Source: Patellaria atrata CBS 101060 (Eukaryota). From it: a stretch of 64,000 nucleotides of DNA. A program made the position numbers and the translations under genes. Shown here in pieces: positions 13,149 to 25,068 of this stretch. The stretch lies in the NCBI GenBank assembly GCA_010093705.1, contig MU006098.1, positions 820,666 to 884,665 on the forward strand, written 5' to 3'. The notes beneath the pieces were generated by a model. That model was not told where the DNA came from. It made no database searches and worked only from the letters and a program-made list of their open reading frames with translations. Numbering within the stretch: the stretch's first letter is position 1; each line of letters starts with the position of its first letter.

Positions 13149-14557
13149 CTAATTTGTATAGTTCCCTATTATGAAGAGGTACCTCTGTGCTCGGGAGACA
13201 GTTTCAGCTTGAGCACCTTGCATGGAGTCTCTCGTCTCGACAGAAGAGTACCCGAGGACCTCAGAACTTTTCAGTACTAGCCTGTTCAAGCGAGAATCTA
13301 GGTGATCTCGATCTGGTTCATACATTGATAAGACTTTATTGGCTGTTATAGGGATATCGGCCTCGTTCACAAGTGCTTGGATAGGCTCACAAACTGCGTT
13401 GATGTCTCCGAGATTGAAAACTGACGTCCTGTTTTCTTCCCTCATATCGTACCCAGGAGTATCCAGGAGAATCCTCTTCTTTTATATCTTAGGATCTGCG
13501 AATCTGTTTGAACAAATCCCTGCTTGGAAAGCATTAAACTAGAGCGCGGGAAATTTCGTCCTCTTCATTCATACGTGAATCTTTATCTTATTGGAGGTCC
13601 CCACGGTAAAATCACGCAGAGATAAAATCTTACGATATCAATATGTGACCGGAAGTTGCTTCGTAGAAACATAGTTGTGATACTAATGTTCTCTTTTTTG
13701 AAGAATTCCATTGATGATAGATTCAACCATAACCTATGAGGGTTCATGTTTCGATCGTATGAAGCAACGACAGGTCCGAGTTGGTGGATATCACCGCCAA
13801 CGACTACGTGCCTGAGCTCCACTTGGTCCACCATAGGCTGGATTGCAGCTGGTAACGTGGCTTGTGAGACTCATGTACGAGAAGAACGTCTGCGGAGAAG
13901 CCGCTCCCGTATGCACCATATGATGTCGCCAGTGTGCAGAACACAACTGACATCTCTCTTTGCACGATGTCGGCTAGAATTATGACGGCCTCCTGGTATG
14001 ATCCTGATGCTGTATTTTGTACACAATACCGACCTTTACCGCCGATATGAACCTATGCCATTCTTTCACATGTTGATCTTCCCCATTCTGTGAATCATTG
14101 GCGTAGTCCGGAATCCTTTGCGTTAAAGTCGTGAAACCGAGTGTCTTGTTGACCAACCGCTCCTGCTCGTGGATCACCTCCGATTCGATGATATCATCAA
14201 TGGTGTTTTTAGCAGAGGACGAGTCCTCGCTTTTGGACAGAGAACTATAGAAGTCAGTGGAGAACAAAGGAACGTTCCCGAACGTTACTTGATCGATAGA
14301 TCTCTCCATTGACTTTGTGTACAATCGTACAGTACAAAGAAGTTTGGAGATGATTGATGGTGTATTCCTTCCTATGGTAATACCCTTATGCAGCAGAGGT
14401 TGGACATGTTGACATAGGTAGCGAGAGGTCAAGCAAAGGTTGCGAGTGATACTTGAGCAAACTGTGGTTTCTAGCCGGCAATCACCTCTTTGCAGATGGC
14501 AAAGATGATCTCAAGTTGAAGGCGCTCTAGGTATTGAGCTCGAAGATGGATAGAGGC
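13149..14557 (-). pseudogene. Disrupted gene: F-box-like N-terminus joined to the C-terminal part of a UPF1/DNA2-NAM7-like SF1 helicase (AAA_11/AAA_12)
   Basis: Motifs in correct order across frameshifts and stops: YLERLQLEIIFAIC..SLRNLCLTSRYLCQHVQPLLHKGITI (F-box-like); VVFCTLATS; DVLLVHES (degenerate motif II); VVGGDIHQLGPVV (III); LRSNFRSHIDIVRF (IV); SVFNLGD; VETRDSMQGAQAETV (V); SRAQRYLFIIGN (VI). Confidence 0.8.
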
Positions 14558-15330
14558 CTAGCGTGTATGTTATCAAGTTTACGATAACTGAGAAGAAAAA
14601 CGCTTCTTATCTCATCCTAAGATAAAACAACATTCGGAGGGGCAAAGTGTTCATTTGTGTGAAGGTCAGGTGATATCGTGTACACATGCGGCATAGACAA
14701 ATGGTGAAGGTTGAGTGAATTCACATTACGTCAGTACTAATCCCTCCGCTGGCCTCCAGAAGCAAAGATATGTGACTGAGTCAAATTAGCGAAGGTCATA
14801 AGCATTTATCAGTACTTTGCTTACCTTTTGAAAAATCGACTCATGCCCCTATTTAACCCCTGAACAGTGAAGTGCATGGTCACCTAGAATGATAGGACTA
14901 CTGTTAGTTCCAATTTTACCAGATATGGGAGCAATTCTGATTCAGTTTATTTGTGTGCAGTCCACTGAGCGAGCTTTGACCGGTAAAACAGCATCAGTCA
15001 TTGTACGTGTTTCAGACCTACATAAAGAAAAATTACTTTGACCAGTTCTTAGATGCTGCCAATCTATAGCATCCAATGGGCTTCTAGTCACCCGAGGGAG
15101 CTGTACATAATTCTTTCACTGTCTTAGGTGCACCCATTGTGAACATCACACTTGCCTAGCAACCGACGGGTGTGTTGTTCTACTTCAACACAGGTTCACA
15201 AAAAAGATTCCTAATATAAAAAATCTTTCCATTGAACCCTTAAAGAACAACTCTTCTTTCTAAAATAGAGCCAAAATAGCTTTCCCACAAACTGGGGCCA
15301 TAATATCAACTTTTCCGGCAAGTTCGCAAC

Positions 15331-15678
15331 ATGCCTGAAGCTCACAACCCACCTCCCAACAATGAAACCACACAAGCACAGATGGATAAATACCACGAAG
15401 AAATCATGTTCATGTATACGGTGCTCTGGACTATAGGGGCTATTTTTTGCTACGATCTGTCATACGGTCGGCACATGCACTGGGAGCACCGCAGCATGAC
15501 CCTCAAGGTTTATGATATTTACCCATCGGTTACCAACAGGAACAGGAAAAAGCTTTCCTGGAGTGATCGAGAATACTGGACTCCAACTGAAGCCGCTCTT
15601 ATGATAGTCTGTATCACCATCTTTCAATGGTGGATTCTACCTCGAGTACGCCCCGTCGCACGTGTTCGGCGCCGCTAA
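15331..15678 (+). CDS. Small hypothetical membrane protein (115 aa, two hydrophobic segments, basic tail)
   Basis: ATG in CAACATG context; TATAAA-like at ~15215; two TM-like stretches. No family recognised. Confidence 0.45.
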   Translation: MPEAHNPPPNNETTQAQMDKYHEEIMFMYTVLWTIGAIFCYDLSYGRHMHWEHRSMTLKVYDIYPSVTNRNRKKLSWSDREYWTPTEAALMIVCITIFQWWILPRVRPVARVRRR

Positions 15679-16495
15679 ACGTAAGTGATGCGGCAGTATC
15701 TCCTCCTTTGTCCAAATTCATGCTTATATGTTGCTGTACAGAGGTATCAGAGAGAGCGGCAACCCACGGGGTTGGATGTAACCCGATATTTCCATATTGT
15801 GCACTTCGAAGCTACAGATCAATTCCTGAGCGGTTGGTACGGTCAAGTGTGCTTATCAAATAAGGAAAGAGTTCTCTTGAAAATGAGATTGCGATGTACT
15901 ACGACTTTAATATTTGGAAAGCGGCAGTCCACACGCAAAACTTCATAATGACAAGTCTATTGTCGTGAAGGAACGGTGTGCAATGATATGGAAGGAATAT
16001 TGAACACTATCTTGTATGCTTGAGTTCTCTAATATCTGAAGATTGGGTGCATAGCATCCACGGGGACGATGATCAGAGAAGAAGCTATGTAGGAATGTGA
16101 AAATATTCCTCAAATCGTCTGATGATAAGTGAAAATTGAGTCCACTAAGTTAGAATTGTGCGCTGTGGTACTGGATATCACCTCACTGGGACTTCTTGTC
16201 GTTGAACTGTGGAAACCTGCCCCTAACGACTCACATCATGGAATAGCAAAGTGATAGTTAAACTAGCCAACAAACCTATGCTCTATCACCAGCGAGCATC
16301 AGCATAAAGTGACGTCAAAATTGAAAGGTGCGGCTTTGTACAACGTTAAGGGGTATAACTCTCTTCTTTGAACCCTACTCAACTATGTTCCTTTCTTTAC
16401 TGTATAGCATTAATATCTCTGGGAATCTTTAGATTTCCTCCAGGCAATCCGCTATTGTAACCCATCATTCATATTCTACCATCGTAACCCCCTCA

Positions 16496-17362
16496 ATGTC
16501 CCAACATATCCAACTCGCTTTGCCTCTCCCCGCTCCACCTTCCTCTCCTCAACCCCTTAACTTCTCCAATGAACAAACCTCAAATTCACCAGGTTCTCGC
16601 CCTCCCCGACCCCATGGAACCCCTCGGCCTCCTCGCTCTATTAGAGCACCTTCACCAGATCCCTCTCAGTTTCCTCTGATACCACTTCCTATACCAATGC
16701 CACGTATACGAACACCACGTCGACCCACAATTTTCGACCCAGATTACGGGAACGATTCTGACACGAGCAGTATTGCAAGCTTGACACGGGCTTTGAATTT
16801 CATCTCCGACCTTGACCAAACTGCTCGACTAGCTCGCGATGTCGAAGATGAAGATGAAGAGGACTCGGAGGAGTTGGACCGAGAGACCGAGGGCGGCTCG
16901 TGCGATTGTGAATCCGGCTACAACAGCGAAGACGAAGTGAATATGAACGTGCAGAACGTGCATGAACCTGTTGCACTGTGGTCCAACTGGAGGCAGCTGA
17001 GGGACGTACATTTTCCAGAGAACATAACGAGTGCGAGTTTCTTCGATGAAGCCTCCGACATTGACTTGGATGAATATGATTTTTATTCTGATGAGGAGGA
17101 CGAGGATGGTGTCTGGACTGCACTGGAGAATGGGTGGTCTGCTCAAGTTCCTGGGATAGGAGTTCATATGAATGTGTTCCTGCAGTTTGGAAATCTTGTG
17201 ATCCAAATGGTTACTGAGAATGGGAGCCTGTATGAAATGGAATATGGTGCTTTAATGGATCCTAGTTTTGATTCTCCGGTGGGTTCAGTAGCTGGTAGGT
17301 TTGGACGAGGGCGTAGACCTGAGAACGTTGCTACTGTTGCTCCAGGTGCTCCAGCAGTGTAA
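16496..17362 (+). CDS. Hypothetical protein (Pro-rich N-terminus, acidic centre)
   Basis: 288-aa intronless ATG ORF with protein-like composition. No family recognised. Confidence 0.6.
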   Translation: MSQHIQLALPLPAPPSSPQPLNFSNEQTSNSPGSRPPRPHGTPRPPRSIRAPSPDPSQFPLIPLPIPMPRIRTPRRPTIFDPDYGNDSDTSSIASLTRALNFISDLDQTARLARDVEDEDEEDSEELDRETEGGSCDCESGYNSEDEVNMNVQNVHEPVALWSNWRQLRDVHFPENITSASFFDEASDIDLDEYDFYSDEEDEDGVWTALENGWSAQVPGIGVHMNVFLQFGNLVIQMVTENGSLYEMEYGALMDPSFDSPVGSVAGRFGRGRRPENVATVAPGAPAV

Positions 17363-18801
17363 AGAAGGTTGAGGGGCTGACATGGAAAGGTTTGTGGGCT
17401 GTTATATCAATTAACACCTATACGACAGAAGATGTGTTGGCAAGTAAATGTGGTGAAAGATTTGTAATGCCTTAGTTGGAGATAGAATGACCTAGACAAA
17501 GGGATACTTGGGTGGTATGCATGTTGTTGTCTAGGAACATTTAGGATAATATCAATGATGATCAGTGAATTCAACTTAGGCCTATGCATTACTATTGCTT
17601 CTAAGTAAAACGTTCTTTCTTTTTGTCTCAAAATTGCGCAATTCTGAAAAGGCAGAATGTACGACTCTGTGGCTGCGTAGTGTGGCGTGACCAGGCCGTA
17701 GGACTATCGAAGTGAGAAGTAGATAAAAGAAACAGCATATGATAAAAGAAGACTAGATGCGGACCAATTTAATGTGGTATTCATGTAATTTAGGCATCTA
17801 GACAAGCCATAATTCGGAAGTGCTTGGGAGTCAGGGGCCAGTGGTCAGCATCATCAGCTCGTTTTGGAGGAATTTATGCTGGCAATTGGTGATCAGATAT
17901 TGCAATAGGAATTAGGACCTGACTATATCTGATTAAGTCACTTGCAGGTTCCGTCGAACGTCTGGGTCGGTTTGACGTTGAAATAAGGTAGGACCGTGGT
18001 CTCCCTCCCGCAGCACGTGGCCTATTCACGTGTCCGCTTTCGGCGACTGTCCACGGAACCCATACGGTGATCGCGGCGAATTTAAATAATCAAGCGTAAG
18101 TTCTCCTTAGTAGCATCAATAGAGAGACTGGTAAGATATGTTTTGAATCTCAATGTTGTGCACCAGCAAATGGAGTAAGAATGCGAGAGAGAAAGTGCCA
18201 CAGTGGACAATGGGACGGATACTGTCCATCATTCAAATCAATCAATATCTTAAGCAGATTTCTTACTCTCTGACGGGTGTTCCAGGACATTTGAGGTCCC
18301 TTGGATATTTTGTTCTTATCTTCTCATTGTGCATCAGATTACCCCTGAATGCGCAACTTCCCACAATTACTTTACAGGCAACTCTATCCTGAGGTCAATC
18401 CGTTCCAGCCTTCAATAGACATTTCATAAAAGCTATTCTTAGCATTAGCTAAGGCGTTTGCAGGCAAAACACATCCATATGACTCTGATGACGTTTCCTT
18501 ACTAGTGTGCTGGCTATCTCCATTTGTTGCAACTTTATCAAAACGGTATGCCACGCAGAGACAGGCAAATACACGCGTTATCTATTGCACTAGGAAGAAC
18601 ATACCTCACTCAATTTCCATATATACCTCTCTCTTTGCTCAGTTTTTCTTGTCCTTCACCATTCTCCCCAAACTTTCTCAATCACACACTCTTCCTACCA
18701 AGACAACACTTCTTATAATTTCACAAACTTTGATTCTCTTAAGAATATACTATCTTTGGCTGACCTCAAATAACTTATATACCTATATAAACAGCTTCAT
18801 C

Positions 18802-19671
18802 ATGCCGACCCCTTACGGAAGGCCTTTTTCCCATGGCTCCAGCGGTCACAGACGTCACCCACGCGCCGGCCGCTCATCTCATAAGTCCGCTCTTCCATTT
18901 CCCTATGGTGGCTCCACAACCGGTAGCGGTCCATCCTCCGCTTCTAACACTGGCCCTGGTAACCAGAACTCTAACTCAAATACGTCAGTTCAAGCACCTG
19001 CGCAGGACATCCCAAAGGAACCTCCACCCGATTATACTGAGAATGCATCAGAGCCAACACAAACACAAGATGGTGGCTTTGGTAGTGGCCATCGTATCCC
19101 TAGGGGTTTGGATCAAGGGGTTGGAGGTTATGATAATAGCAATTATGGTGTGCCCGACGATAGCCATCTGGGCTACAATCAGAACCGAACTCAAGGCTTT
19201 GGTAACATTCACGGTATAGGACATGGTCTGGAACAAGGTGCTGGATATAATCTCGGGCATGGCCTCAACCACGGCTTCAATCATGATCTCGGCTTCCACC
19301 AGGGGTTTGCTCAACCCCCCGCTGTTGCCCTCACCCACGCCGCCACTCTCCGCTTAATGCCACCCCGACTCTGCCGTTTTTGTGCCGGACCACCCAATCT
19401 CCGTGGCCACTTCTGTGTCGATAACCCGTATTTGAACTGTACCTTCGACCCGCGATTTACCGGGAGGGTCTTTGCTCGAGAGTTTGTTCCGGGGATGAGG
19501 GATTTTGTTGGGCTCGACCAGGACTTTGAAAATCTGGTTGATGAAGAGTCTCTTCTCGATTTTAGCGGTTCGGACGATGAAACTTATCGTGAACTCTTTG
19601 GCTTTGATACTCCTTTGGACCGTGCGATCCGTAGACAAGGCCTTCGACGACGTTATAGAAGGAGGTGGTAG
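18802..19671 (+). CDS. Hypothetical protein (Gly/His/Asn/Gln low-complexity region, CxxC..HxC, Arg-rich end)
   Basis: First ATG of the long ORF is at 18802 (MPTPYGR..). PPPDY motif; GHGLxxG repeats; CRFCAGPPNLRGHFC. Confidence 0.6.
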   Translation: MPTPYGRPFSHGSSGHRRHPRAGRSSHKSALPFPYGGSTTGSGPSSASNTGPGNQNSNSNTSVQAPAQDIPKEPPPDYTENASEPTQTQDGGFGSGHRIPRGLDQGVGGYDNSNYGVPDDSHLGYNQNRTQGFGNIHGIGHGLEQGAGYNLGHGLNHGFNHDLGFHQGFAQPPAVALTHAATLRLMPPRLCRFCAGPPNLRGHFCVDNPYLNCTFDPRFTGRVFAREFVPGMRDFVGLDQDFENLVDEESLLDFSGSDDETYRELFGFDTPLDRAIRRQGLRRRYRRRW

Positions 19672-20680
19672 GTGGATGAGTGTGATCGACGTCACACGTA
19701 CAATGTGGTCGATAGGTTCAGATTTCTCTGGAGATAGGGGGGTTGATACATATAAGGTGAATTTGTTGGGTATCGATTTACTTTGTATGGACGGGATGAA
19801 TTTTTCATGGAACACGACGGACAATGCTACGATGCTTTGACATTATAGGTGATGATGTGGTTGATCATCTAATCGCTGAACCTCAGTCATTGGATCCATC
19901 TGATAGGAGCATTGGGGGAGAGAGGGAGATCGAGAGTCTCCACTCTAAATTGGTTCTGTTTTCCTTAACACCCCGGGTAAGGATTCCGTGCTAGGAGTGT
20001 AATAGGTTAGACTCAGGGTAGAATGAAATATTTATTAAATAGGAATCTCTTTTCATAGTTGGTGTGAGGAAGAACGAAAAGGACGAGCAAATGACTTGAG
20101 GAGTGAGACTCGAACGAATGTGGTTTGAAAGTTCGAAACACCAAAAGACAACTCGAACTCTCTAGTGGCGGACACAAAGCTATTCATAGTATAATCAGAG
20201 GGTGTGTGGATATTAGGCTATTATATCTTCATTCCCGCGTTACTTGAATGAAGAGGACTGCGCCATATTGATTCATCTGCCTCTAACAACACTCGACACT
20301 ACTTCAATATATCCAGAGATTGAGGATTTGCATGTGGGAATCTTAGCAGCAAAGGTTCCACAATTTGTAAAGCCGTCCCATAATGTAATTTGTTACAGAT
20401 GCTGAACTACAGCCTCTTGAAATGAGTTTGATCATAGGTGCGAATGTCGATAGACTCATAAATCATCGACGATAGATTCGGGTCTCGTGCATTTATATAA
20501 GCTGGCGGCTGGACTTAGGATACCACTCGTGGTTCCTTCTTTGTGCTCCACACTTCAACCTCACTAGTATCGGGATAGTTTTTAGAGAAGCGAAGGCCCT
20601 TAAAGATGGCTTTTAACTGGAAATCGGTTATTCCTACGCTCATAGCATGATTCAGAACTCCCTGGGGGTATCCACAAGCT

Positions 20681-22983
20681 CTACAAGCCATAGTTGCTCG
20701 AATCTTTCTCTCCTCGGCCTTGTACTGTCCTTTCTATAGTCCTACAACTCATATCCTCATTTACCCACTCCTCGATCCTAGCTGCTACATCCCCTACTAG
20801 CATCTGGTACGTATCCGACATGAAGAATAAGCCACAGTGTGCGCCCACTTCATCAACACCCTCCATGTAGACGCGTACCCACATCGAATCTCTTATACCA
20901 TTCGCTCCTTTGGGCGGGAGTACACAGAATTTCTTGTCTCGTTTTTTCTTCTCGACCACGGTTTGACGGTGGCTTGAATTGGGCGAGAGGCTGGTATCAA
21001 CGTCACTGTTAGAGTCACTGATGTTATCGTTGGTACCAAGACGGGTTGCGTTCTCGCCGGGTGTCTGAGGACGCTGCGGTCCATCTAGAGTACCGGTACC
21101 AGGAGGGAGGACGCCTGTTCCTGGTGGTAGGACACCTGTACCAGGAGCGAGTGTACCGTCTGGACGTGAACCCGAGATGATAGTTGTAGTATTCTCTTCC
21201 GTCTCTTTTTCTGCTGCTAGTTTCGCTTGCCTTGATCTCTCTTTCTTGGCCGTCTTTGCCAGCTTTTCTTGCAACTTACGGTGCTCATTGACAACAGTGT
21301 CGCGGGTTTTCACTGCCTTTTTATATGCTTTTAGCTGTATTGAGTGCTCTTTCTCCGCAGCTTTCCGGGTCTCCTTATCGGGGTATTGTGATGTGTCAAG
21401 GACTGGTGGTTCTCGGGGAACGGGAGGTATTGATGTGAGCTTAGGAATGGAAGAATTAACTTTAGACGCTCCAGGTTCCTCGGCTTCGTACGATTCGGAG
21501 GTTCGATCTTGTTCCAATTCTGGGTTAGTTGTCTCAAAGCCGTCTTTCCGTGTACTTCTTATTGAAAAGGGGGCGGTATTGTCTGTGGTAAGCGATGTAG
21601 CCGATAAGGGTTCTTCCGGATCCTTATGAATGACAGCGCCGTCTCGATGCTCTTCCAAGGATATACGAGGGCTATGAGCCGGTGTATGAGAACGAGTCGA
21701 TACGAGTGACCCATCAGCGGAGAGCGAAGCGACACTGAGGTTCTGCATTTCGGAACCTAGTTGTTTCGCCTGACTCGGACTTCGTGAGCCCGGAATCGGA
21801 GACTGGGATGTCTTCGGTTTCCCAGTACTTGCGGTATAATAGTTGAGAAATCTAACCCTCGGTGGACTGCGGGTACCACCACAGGCTGTTTTCCGCACGT
21901 TTGGGTCTTCATTTTCGAGTGCTCGAATTCGTTTGTAACGCTTTTTTAGGGCCGGGTAGTCGGCCATGGCTCCTCCAAATTCAATATGAGACTGGACATA
22001 CTGCCGTGAAGCTCTAACCAGGTGATCTGAGTGCTTGTTGACGAAATGTAACGTACTTTGCCATCCTTTCCGAATGGGCAGATTTATATCATTCGCAAAG
22101 GATGGATTGAAGTTTGGGTCCACAGGATGAGAATAGAGGGTGTCTCTTTTTACCGGGGGCGATACTGCACCCTCAAGTGACTCATTAGGGGAAGAGAAAT
22201 ATTCCTTACTATGTACTGTTCCTAAAGTGTTGGTTGAAGGCGAATTGAGATTCGGAGATTGGGGTCTCGGACTGTCACCACCCGATTTGAATATACTCGC
22301 AAGACCACTGCTTATTACCCCTGGATGCATTCCTAGAAATGGAGTATCGAAGTTGATCGTACCCAAAATGCGGTGACGAAAAGGATGACCTGTAGCGGGA
22401 GAATAAGGCGGAAGAAGCACAACTTCCGCGCAAACGAGTCCTCCCATCGAATGGCCGAGTAGAACAACATCAGTAGTATCAGATTCATGGGGAGCAAGCC
22501 TATAACAATTTAATACAATGTTCGTTTGATATCTTCAATCATTTACCATTTGCTAAAGTTTTCCGTAGCAACATCGATCCTTTGACGAGATCTGTACTTT
22601 GGGTAGATTTTTGTATGTATTTTGTGAGATTCTTGTAAAGTTATAGCAAGTAAGTTATGTACGTGGGCTGGGAAACTTTGGAAACTGGTTTCGTCACCCA
22701 TGAAGCCGTGTATAAATACAATTAGCAACTTTCTCCTAATATCATTATTTGCTTCATTGTCAGGGACAAGTGATTGTGTCGAGGCTGACCGCGGATCTTG
22801 CGATCTCATCATCCCAGAGTGCGCAGCATAAGGACCAAGATAAGGCGAGTCGGGAGTATCGTCTAAGGCATTATACGGTGGAGGTTGATCAACGTTTGCG
22901 AGCTGGTGTAGAGTGGTGTTACGAGGTGGTAATGGTGGAGGTCCTGTTGAAAACGGAAGCCGCTCCCGTCCGGTCTCAGACAT
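20681..22983 (-). CDS. DUF676-like putative serine esterase/lipase (alpha/beta hydrolase)
   Basis: LIVFIHGFMGDETSF. Intron 22500-22546 joins to VVLLGHSMGG (GxSxG), then FDTPFLGMHP and C-terminal EGVDEVGAHCGLFF. Confidence 0.85.
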
Positions 22984-23574
22984 ATTGGTATAAAGCTAGA
23001 GTGTGATGCTTTATTAGGAATACGGATAGCAGTATCGTAGAAAACGAAGGTAGGATTATGGTAGCAATAATGGTCAGCGAAAGAAGGCCAGTGTGGAGCG
23101 ACCGAGCGGACTAGATACGCTTTTACCATATATCAATACTATCCGATTTTTATAACTCCAGACACAATTCTACGTTATAATATCAATGTTAGGATTTACC
23201 TCTCCTGTCGTACTGGACAGTAGGGAGCGGCACGAGGGGCGAGGTACAAGGGTAGTGGGCAGTGACGTACGCGCAATGCCCAGACACCAACCAAGTACTG
23301 TAAGGTACTGGATAATGTACCTGATGTTGATATCCCACCAACCCAATCACTCCTGGGATTTACAATTAACAGAGTTGATATAATTGGGAGATGTACTGAG
23401 ATCAGCGCTCCAAACAGAGAAGCATTATCACTCTGGCACTAGTAAATCGTTTCAGCGTAGTAACTTGGTCCCGGTTTTCAAGGAGTCAATGATGACTGTT
23501 AACATTAAGCTACGCTGGAAAGCTTATGTATACTATTTTCCCTCGTTGTAAGGGTAGTATTGGCGGGGTACACA

Positions 23575-24839
23575 CTATGACTTTTTCTTTGTCTCTGTTC
23601 CTTTTCCTTTCTGAGCTGCAGCTGCTTCCTTCATCTCAGCAGCTTTTACAGCGTAGTCGGAGTTCCATTTTGGAATGAACTTGCCCACATACTTTTGGTA
23701 TTCCTTATATTCTGGATATTTCTGACTCGTCAAAAGCTCTGTAAGCCATGTACTACCTTGGAAAAGGAAAAGATAGGAGATGGCACCGATGCAGGTCCAG
23801 TTGTACACCGTGTCGGTTTGGAGACAACTCCATTGATAGAGGATGGTCCAGATGATTTGCTCAGCAGCAAAGTTGGGATGGCGAGACATTGACCAGAGCC
23901 CATACGTGATGAAACCACGATCAAGATCTTCACGACTGTGCCGTTGAGGATTGGGTACTTTGGCAGTCTCTTGATATTTCTTCTTGTCCTGTTGAAAATC
24001 TAGCCCACAGTTAGCACAATTTGAATATTGGATATTATTGTGCACCGGACGACGTACTCCATTGTTGTTGATCCGCGAACCACTCTAGCATAACAAGTCC
24101 CATCATTACACGAACTGCTATGTGATCCGCCATATCAACTTCGTTCCCGGTCAAGCATGCGTGTAGGAATAGTACGTATGTAGGAGTCGTGATAGCGAAG
24201 AGGAGGAGCTAAGTCAGGTAAGCTTGGTATATTATGTGCGAGTAGAAGACTTACGCTTTGCATTAAGGATATAAAGACAACGTTAAAGAAGAACATCCAT
24301 ATTGGGCCAATGTATTGCTTAACCACAGCCCATCGATAATCTTCAGATCCCATAGAGTAACCACCTCTTCTCCAATAATTGAATGTGAGACGAAGCTGTA
24401 GACGATTAGTTTATTTGTCCTTGAGATTTGTTCACCAGGTTGCTCTTACACTCCATACGGTACTGAAAGTCAAAAGATTATCCAGTCTCTGAGAGGGATA
24501 GCCGGACAAATGAGCCCAGAGGCTATAATGTAGGTTATATATTGTAGGTAGTATACTCCACATACGATCTACTTGTGAGTAATTTCTATTCACCTCAGAT
24601 ACGACGAGGAATACAGGCGCAAGGATCAGTGAGAATGCAAAGGCGGTTATTAGCGGATTAGTGGATAGGTATATTATTTTCAGCTCTTCCAGGTTGTTAA
24701 TACTATCCCACACCAATTGGGGTAGAGCAAAGAGCTGAGGAGCGAATGCTGATACGGTTCGACTGAAACTGGTCGTGTCTGCAAGATTTTTGAGGCTGGG
24801 TAGTGCCACACTCCCTGGAAAGATGTGTTTCGTGGCCAT
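23575..24839 (-). CDS. DUF1295 family membrane protein (steroid 5-alpha-reductase C-terminal-like)
   Basis: NYSQVDRMWSILP; RLTFNYWRRGGYSMGSEDYRW; ADQQQW; GLWSMSRHPNFAAEQ; FQGSTWLTE..KYPEYKEYQ. Introns 24396-24449, 24209-24254, 24000-24057. Confidence 0.9.
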
Positions 24840-25068
24840 GATGGTATCGAGGGAAATGGTTGACAAACAATCAGGAGCTGAATTCCAAATCACCCTTTTA
24901 TAAGTTTTCACAACTTTATGTTTGGATCTGTGCCGTAGATGGTGATGACATGTTTGAAGATCTCAGTTCGTTTGCCGCTTCGGCTCGGCTCGAACTGCTA
25001 GGTTACGCGTCTACCGCTTCTTCAGAACGCGTCTATCCTAAACGACTTCTTCATCAAAGTATGGAAGT

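Noticed and set aside
20095..20165. GTTCGA B-box-like strings on the minus strand suggesting a tRNA
   Set aside because: No T-stem pairing, acceptor stem or cloverleaf can be built.
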